Translations under genes and position numbers: made by a program
From: Candidatus Zixiibacteriota bacterium
GTDB taxonomy: Bacteria > Zixibacteria > MSB-5A5 > WJJR01
Direction: 5' to 3'
Assembly (NCBI GenBank): GCA_036170655.1
Contig: JAVHPP010000105.1
Location: forward strand, 1 to 38,776
DNA length: 38,776 nucleotides
Part shown: in pieces, positions 33,983 to 38,776 of the stretch
How positions within the stretch are numbered: the stretch's first letter is position 1
How the letters are laid out: each line of letters opens with the position of its first letter
Notes under the pieces: generated by a model
What the model was told of the DNA's origin: nothing
What the model saw: the letters and a program-made list of their open reading frames with translations, nothing else
Databases searched by the model: none

Positions 33983-35160
33983 ATCATCCCATCGAGCCAC
34001 TGCACGACGAATCCCTCTGTGCTGTCGGACATGCAGAACACGCCTACGGGGCGGTTGGTATGCCGATATACCAGACATCGACGTTCCGATTTGAAAGCAC
34101 CGCTCAAGTGGCAGAGTACGCGCGGGGTGAATCAGACCGGTACCTCTACACCCGTTACGCCAACCCGACACTGGAGCTCGTAGAACAAAAATTGGCGGCT
34201 TTGGAACACGGCGAGCGCGCTTTCCTGTTCGCGTCTGGCTCGGCCGCCACGGCGGCATGGTGTTACGCGTTCCTCCGGCCCGGTGATCGCCTTGTCGTCT
34301 CCAGCCGCGTCTATGGCGGGACATCATATTTCCTCAATTCCTTCCTGCGGCCATTCGGCGTCATTGTCGAGAGTGTCGATTTCACCGATCTCGACCGGGT
34401 CGCCAAAGCGCTTCCCGGCGCGAAGGGGTGCTGGTTTGAAACCCCGACCAATCCGACCGTACGCATCATCGATGGGCCGGCTGTCGCCAGACTCTGCCGC
34501 CAGTATCATGTCCTCTCCGCCGTGGATAATACATTCGCCACACCGATCAACCAGAAGCCGCTCGACTGGGGTATCGACTGGGTGATGCATTCGGCCACCA
34601 AATACCTGAATGGCCACGGTGACCTCATCGGCGGAGCCTTGGTCGCCGCACAGAGCATCGACTGGACACCAGTCAATCAGACACGCATCGGCACGGGCGG
34701 AGTGATGGATCCGCATGCCGCTTTTCTGCTCGGCCGTGGCATGAGAACACTGGCGCTCCGAGTGGAGCGCCACAACGTCAATGCGCTGGCGCTCGCAGAG
34801 AGCTTGTCCGGGCACCGCAAGATCACACGCGTGCATTATCCCGGTCTGCCGGATCATCCCGGACACGAAATCGCCGCGCGGCAAATGAAGGGATTCGGCG
34901 GGATCGTCGCCATCGATCTGAAGGATGGCTACGATGCGGCCGCCCGCTTCGTCGACCATCTGCGGGTGATCGTCAACGCCGCATCGCTCGGTGGTGTCGA
35001 ATCTTTGGTCTCGCTTCCCGTGCTGACATCCCACGCAAAGGCCACTCCCGCCGAACGGGCGGTTGCCGGGGTCACAGAAGGAACGGTGCGTATCTCGGTC
35101 GGCATCGAAGCGATCGAAGACCTGATAGCCGACGTTGATGCAGCGCTGGCCGCGGTCTGA
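33979..35160 (+). CDS. Cys/Met metabolism PLP enzyme (cystathionine gamma-lyase/synthase or methionine gamma-lyase family)
   Basis: PIYQTSTF, YTRYANPT, ETPTNP, VDNTFATP, HSATKYLNGHGD, SLGGVESL. Confidence 0.93.
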   Translation: MNHPIEPLHDESLCAVGHAEHAYGAVGMPIYQTSTFRFESTAQVAEYARGESDRYLYTRYANPTLELVEQKLAALEHGERAFLFASGSAATAAWCYAFLRPGDRLVVSSRVYGGTSYFLNSFLRPFGVIVESVDFTDLDRVAKALPGAKGCWFETPTNPTVRIIDGPAVARLCRQYHVLSAVDNTFATPINQKPLDWGIDWVMHSATKYLNGHGDLIGGALVAAQSIDWTPVNQTRIGTGGVMDPHAAFLLGRGMRTLALRVERHNVNALALAESLSGHRKITRVHYPGLPDHPGHEIAARQMKGFGGIVAIDLKDGYDAAARFVDHLRVIVNAASLGGVESLVSLPVLTSHAKATPAERAVAGVTEGTVRISVGIEAIEDLIADVDAALAAV

Positions 35161-35189
35161 TGGTATAAGCGTTGCCGCCGGGTTGGCCC

Positions 35190-38100
35190 ATGTGCACAGA
35201 CATTCGCCCTGCAAAATTCCTGTCTCCGGCTCTTCGTCTGGCCACGGCCGCCTGTCTGCTATGGGCGTTCCCCTTGATCCGTGTCTCCCGGGCCGAGAGT
35301 GGTCCGCAGCCATTGGCGCTGGACCATGCCGATTCGACGGAACTGATCCAGCACGAGGGCGCCACGGAGTATCATCTGTTCGGCGGTGTCCGGTTCACAC
35401 AAGGCGAAACGCGCTTGCGCAGTGACCGTGCTCTGTGGATACAGGAAACAGGACACATCCAGTTCGACGGGCATGTCGCCATCAATCAACCCGGACGGTA
35501 TCTCGAGGCGGATCAGGTCACATACCGCCGTGACGATCGCTCCTTCAGGGCCTTGGGACATGTGCTGGTCGAAGACACGACCGAGAGCTTCTCACTGCGC
35601 AGTGAGCGCGCACAGTTTGACCGTGCGCATGAGTCGGCGCTCGCCGACTCGCTGCCGGTTGTCCGCTGGGGCTTTCTCCTCGATTCGGCCAGCCAGACGA
35701 TCATCTGGGCCGACACGATCCTCTACTCTCGGACAGGACGACATGGAATTGGCCGGGGACATGTTCGCGTGCACAAGGGGGATTGGTACAGCGAAGGGGA
35801 TTACGGTGAAGTCTGGCCAGACTCAGAGAAGGCGGTCCTGATCGGCTCGCCGAAGGCATCCGGCCTGCACGGCGAGATCACAGGCGATACGCTGGTCATG
35901 TCCTTCCATGGCAAGAGTGTGAACCGCCTGCAAGCGCTTGGTCATGCATCAGGTTCGTACGAGGACACGACAGTCAGCAACGGCGGCCGCAATCTGTTAC
36001 ATGGCCGCCAGGCAGATTTTTTCCTCGCCAACGACTCGTTGCGCGCGATCCGTGTGAAAGGCGAGGCGGTCACCGATCAGCAACCTCGGGACCCCAGCGG
36101 CGGCCGGAACCACGCATCGGGAGATTCCCTGTGGCTCGTGTTCGACCGTGGCCGTCTGACAACCGTCACGATCGACGGGGGCGCCCAAGGAAGCTACCAG
36201 ACGATGCGCACCGATGGCGGACAAGACACGGTGAACTACCAAGCGGCCCGCATCGTGTTCATCCCCGACTCGAACCGGATCGACCTCGCAGCCAACAGCC
36301 GCTTGCGCTACGGAACCATCCAGCTCGATGCCGGCCGTATTTCATACTGGACCACGGGCAAGAATCTTCTCGCCCGTCCCCTGATCGGCGTCAAGGATAC
36401 GGCCAATGCGCTCCAGCGTCCTCAATTGGCCGACGGCCAGCAGACCGTGGTAGGCGACACGCTCACTTACAACATCGACTCGCAACGCGGGCGCATCCGC
36501 GGCTCCTCGACCAAGTTCGAGAATGCGTATTACCGGGGCGGCGATTTCCGCAAGTACACCGACTCTGTCTTCTTTGTCACCAACGGTATTTACACGACCT
36601 GTGACAGCGACACGCCGCATTTTCGCTTCGAGAGCCGTGACATGGAGATTATCCGCAACGACAAGATCATTGCACGGCCCGTCGTCATGCGAATCGGCGA
36701 ACTCCCAGTAGCCATCCTGCCGTATTACATTTTCCCCATCAAGAAGGGACGCCATTCCGGATTTCTGCCGCTGCGCTTCGGCAATTTCGAGCGGGGCCAG
36801 CGGTTCATCGGCAACGCCGGATACTACTGGGCCGCCTCGGACTACTGGGATGGGGAGGCGGCGCTCGATTTTAACGAAGCCACGGGCATCCTGCTGCGCT
36901 CGACCCTGAACTATGCTCTGCGGTACCACCTCACCGGTTCAGTCTCCGGGTCGTACGCGCGCGAGTCCAACCTGAACGCCAGTGGTCGCACCCGTTCGAC
37001 CCGCTGGAGTATTCGCGCCTCCCATCGTCAGGAACTCGCTCCCACCGCAACGCTGTCGGGCAATGCCGATTTCATATCTGACAAGAGCTTCTATCAGAAT
37101 TACAGCTACGATCCAGCTGACCGGCGCTTGCGGACGCTGCAATCTCAGGCGAATTTCAACAAGCGCTTTGCGCGTTCTTCGCTGACGGCCCTGGTCCAGA
37201 ACACCGAGAATCTCGATACCGACAGCCGCACGCTCTATCTGCCACGGATTGATTTCCCCTCTTTCCAGCGGGCGTTGATTCCGCCGGACTCCGGAGCCAC
37301 GCCAAGGTGGTACAACAACGCCTATGTCTCGTACGGCTCCTCACTCAACAACTATCAAGACCGCGTCCGGACCCCTGGCGACACCACCGGCAAGAAGGAC
37401 GAACGTAGATACCTGACTGTTTCTCATAACGCTTCGATCAGCTTTCCTCAGCGATTCCTGGGAGGTATCAACATTTCGCCCTCGGCTTCTTTGCAAGAAG
37501 CGTGGTACTATGTGTTCAGGACGCGTCTGGCGCAGGAGAAGGGAGTCACAACGGAAACGCCGGGACGCCGCCTGTCAGGTTCTCTTGGCATCGGCACCAG
37601 CATGAACCTGTACGGCTTTCTCAATCCCCATCTCCTTGGTCTTTCCACGCTCAGACACACAATGACACCGAGTATTAGTTACGGCTTCACACCGGCGGTC
37701 ACCCGTCACGATGATCTGCGCGATTTCACCGGGACCGGTGGCGGTTCGAAACGCAAGTCACAGGCGGTGTCACTCTCGTTGAACAACGTGTTCGACGCCA
37801 AACTCGGAGACGGTGAGAAGGAACGCAAGATATCGCTCTTCAACGCTGGTTTTTCCACAGGATACAACTTTGAGAACACCGTGCGGAAATGGTCGTACCT
37901 CCAGGGGAGCGCCCGCACCAACCTGGCGCGCCGTCTCGACTTCGCCGTCGGGGCCACATGGGACCTGTACGATCCGGCCACGCTGAAGCTGCAATGGACC
38001 AATCCCCGGCTGCTCTCATTCGACGTCAGCGCCGGCATGACGCTGCATGGAACCGGATCAGCACTTTCGGCGGTGACCGGGCTGGGCAGCGGGCGCGGAG

Positions 38101-38465
38101 ACACATTGTTCGATGCGACCAGCTCCCCCTTCAACATCGGTTTCTCACATCGATACAGTGAAACCCGGGGGAGTTTCCAAACCTCAAAGACACACTGGAC
38201 CGGCATCCGGGTCGATTTCAAGCCGACCACCAACTGGTCGGTTCAGTTTCAGCAAACCATCAACTGGGCCCTCCACACGATCACCGACCAGCGGTTCGAA
38301 GTGCACCGCAATCTGCACTGTTGGGAAGCCCAGTTCGTGTGGGTGCCCAGCGGATCCGGGCAGGGTTACTACTTCCGGATCAGTGTCATCGACCTCCCGG
38401 ACATCAAGCTGGAGCGTTCCGAGAGCGGCCTGCGCGGGGCATTCTCGGGATTTGGGTATCCTTGA
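35190..38465 (+). CDS. Putative LPS-assembly protein LptD with extended N-terminal OstA-like region
   Basis: Signal-like segment (LATAACLLWAFPLIRVSRA), repeated beta-jellyroll-like stretches, YTTCD...PHF, RHSGFLP and a beta-barrel ending HRNLHCWE..F.W. Start is uncertain. Confidence 0.85.
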   Translation: MCTDIRPAKFLSPALRLATAACLLWAFPLIRVSRAESGPQPLALDHADSTELIQHEGATEYHLFGGVRFTQGETRLRSDRALWIQETGHIQFDGHVAINQPGRYLEADQVTYRRDDRSFRALGHVLVEDTTESFSLRSERAQFDRAHESALADSLPVVRWGFLLDSASQTIIWADTILYSRTGRHGIGRGHVRVHKGDWYSEGDYGEVWPDSEKAVLIGSPKASGLHGEITGDTLVMSFHGKSVNRLQALGHASGSYEDTTVSNGGRNLLHGRQADFFLANDSLRAIRVKGEAVTDQQPRDPSGGRNHASGDSLWLVFDRGRLTTVTIDGGAQGSYQTMRTDGGQDTVNYQAARIVFIPDSNRIDLAANSRLRYGTIQLDAGRISYWTTGKNLLARPLIGVKDTANALQRPQLADGQQTVVGDTLTYNIDSQRGRIRGSSTKFENAYYRGGDFRKYTDSVFFVTNGIYTTCDSDTPHFRFESRDMEIIRNDKIIARPVVMRIGELPVAILPYYIFPIKKGRHSGFLPLRFGNFERGQRFIGNAGYYWAASDYWDGEAALDFNEATGILLRSTLNYALRYHLTGSVSGSYARESNLNASGRTRSTRWSIRASHRQELAPTATLSGNADFISDKSFYQNYSYDPADRRLRTLQSQANFNKRFARSSLTALVQNTENLDTDSRTLYLPRIDFPSFQRALIPPDSGATPRWYNNAYVSYGSSLNNYQDRVRTPGDTTGKKDERRYLTVSHNASISFPQRFLGGINISPSASLQEAWYYVFRTRLAQEKGVTTETPGRRLSGSLGIGTSMNLYGFLNPHLLGLSTLRHTMTPSISYGFTPAVTRHDDLRDFTGTGGGSKRKSQAVSLSLNNVFDAKLGDGEKERKISLFNAGFSTGYNFENTVRKWSYLQGSARTNLARRLDFAVGATWDLYDPATLKLQWTNPRLLSFDVSAGMTLHGTGSALSAVTGLGSGRGDTLFDATSSPFNIGFSHRYSETRGSFQTSKTHWTGIRVDFKPTTNWSVQFQQTINWALHTITDQRFEVHRNLHCWEAQFVWVPSGSGQGYYFRISVIDLPDIKLERSESGLRGAFSGFGYP

Positions 38466-38543
38466 GAGTGGCACCACCACTACGCTCGAAAGACAATCCT
38501 CGGGGACGTGTCAAGGAACTCGCGGCTGGGTGCCCCACGGCTT

Positions 38544-38726
38544 GGGGCCTGTTGAATAACCCCCGATCCGCCAAGCGAGGCTGAGCTTTCGAAAGGGGAG
38601 GGCGAGGCTCCTGCCGAGCCTCTTTCTACTTTCGCACGAGAGGCTCGGCAGGAGCCTCACCCTCCCGAAAAAAAACTCACATCTGCTCCGTCGCCTTCCG
38701 TGTGTGGGGCTTTTTCAACAAGCCCC
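38544..38726. mobile_element. 183-bp MITE-like element with 21-bp terminal inverted repeats
   Basis: Left GGGGCCTGTTGAATAACCCCC versus reverse complement of right end GGGGCTTGTTGAAAAAGCCCC (18/21). TT on both flanks. No transposase. Confidence 0.75.
38596..38666. repeat. REP-like inverted doublet (28-bp arms, 15-nt loop)
   Basis: GGGAGGGCGAGGCTCCTGCCGAGCCTCT ... AGAGGCTCGGCAGGAGCCTCACCCTCCC, one mismatch. Confidence 0.9.
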
Positions 38727-38730
38727 TTGC

Positions 38731-38776
38731 GGCTTGTTGAATAACCCCGGAATTCCATTCCGACGGGGATCGGTGG
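38731..38776. mobile_element. Start of a second element of the same TIR family, truncated by window end
   Basis: GGCTTGTTGAATAACCCCGG repeats the TIR at 38546. Confidence 0.65.

Noticed and set aside
11641..35313. Long antisense or alternate-frame ORFs (e.g. 11641-12555, 18302-19345, 31266-32294, 34324-35313)
   Set aside because: They overlap well-supported genes, show no recognisable motifs, and are expected in GC-rich DNA.

Overview
This is a GC-rich chromosomal window from a diderm bacterium (LptD-like gene present; lineage cannot be fixed from sequence alone). Left end, minus strand: an accessory module with a partial HTH-WYL-WCX regulator (not in the ORF track), a 614-aa AAA+ ATPase and an unlisted 53-aa hydrophobic peptide. 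The ATPase and the peptide each sit behind one copy of a duplicated ~125-bp promoter cassette carrying a 21-bp DriD-like WYL operator. Next come pgsA-pgpA-cinA (minus). Divergently follow a catalytically degenerate NtrC-family regulator, a degenerate GxxExxY-like protein, an unlisted 59-aa histone-H1-like protein, thpR, and a recA-small ORF-dinB cassette behind a GAAC-N4-GTTC LexA box. After a PLP aminotransferase lies a complete Trp attenuator (leader MTRENTYWTWHWGRSS). It precedes a Ser/Ser DapF homologue and a large aromatic cluster: trpE-G-D-MFS-C-F-B-A, argS, aroF-A-E, a Gate-domain pair, aroK-B-Q and a MATE exporter, with no aroC. The window ends with FAH-family and Cys/Met lyase genes, an OstA-extended LptD, and MITE-like elements carrying REP-like hairpins that also occur near 3.5 kb. 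No rRNA, tRNA or CRISPR array was found. The best candidates for an undescribed system are the WYL/AAA/membrane-peptide module and the pseudo-enzyme/histone-like module. All calls come from manual reading; no searches were run.
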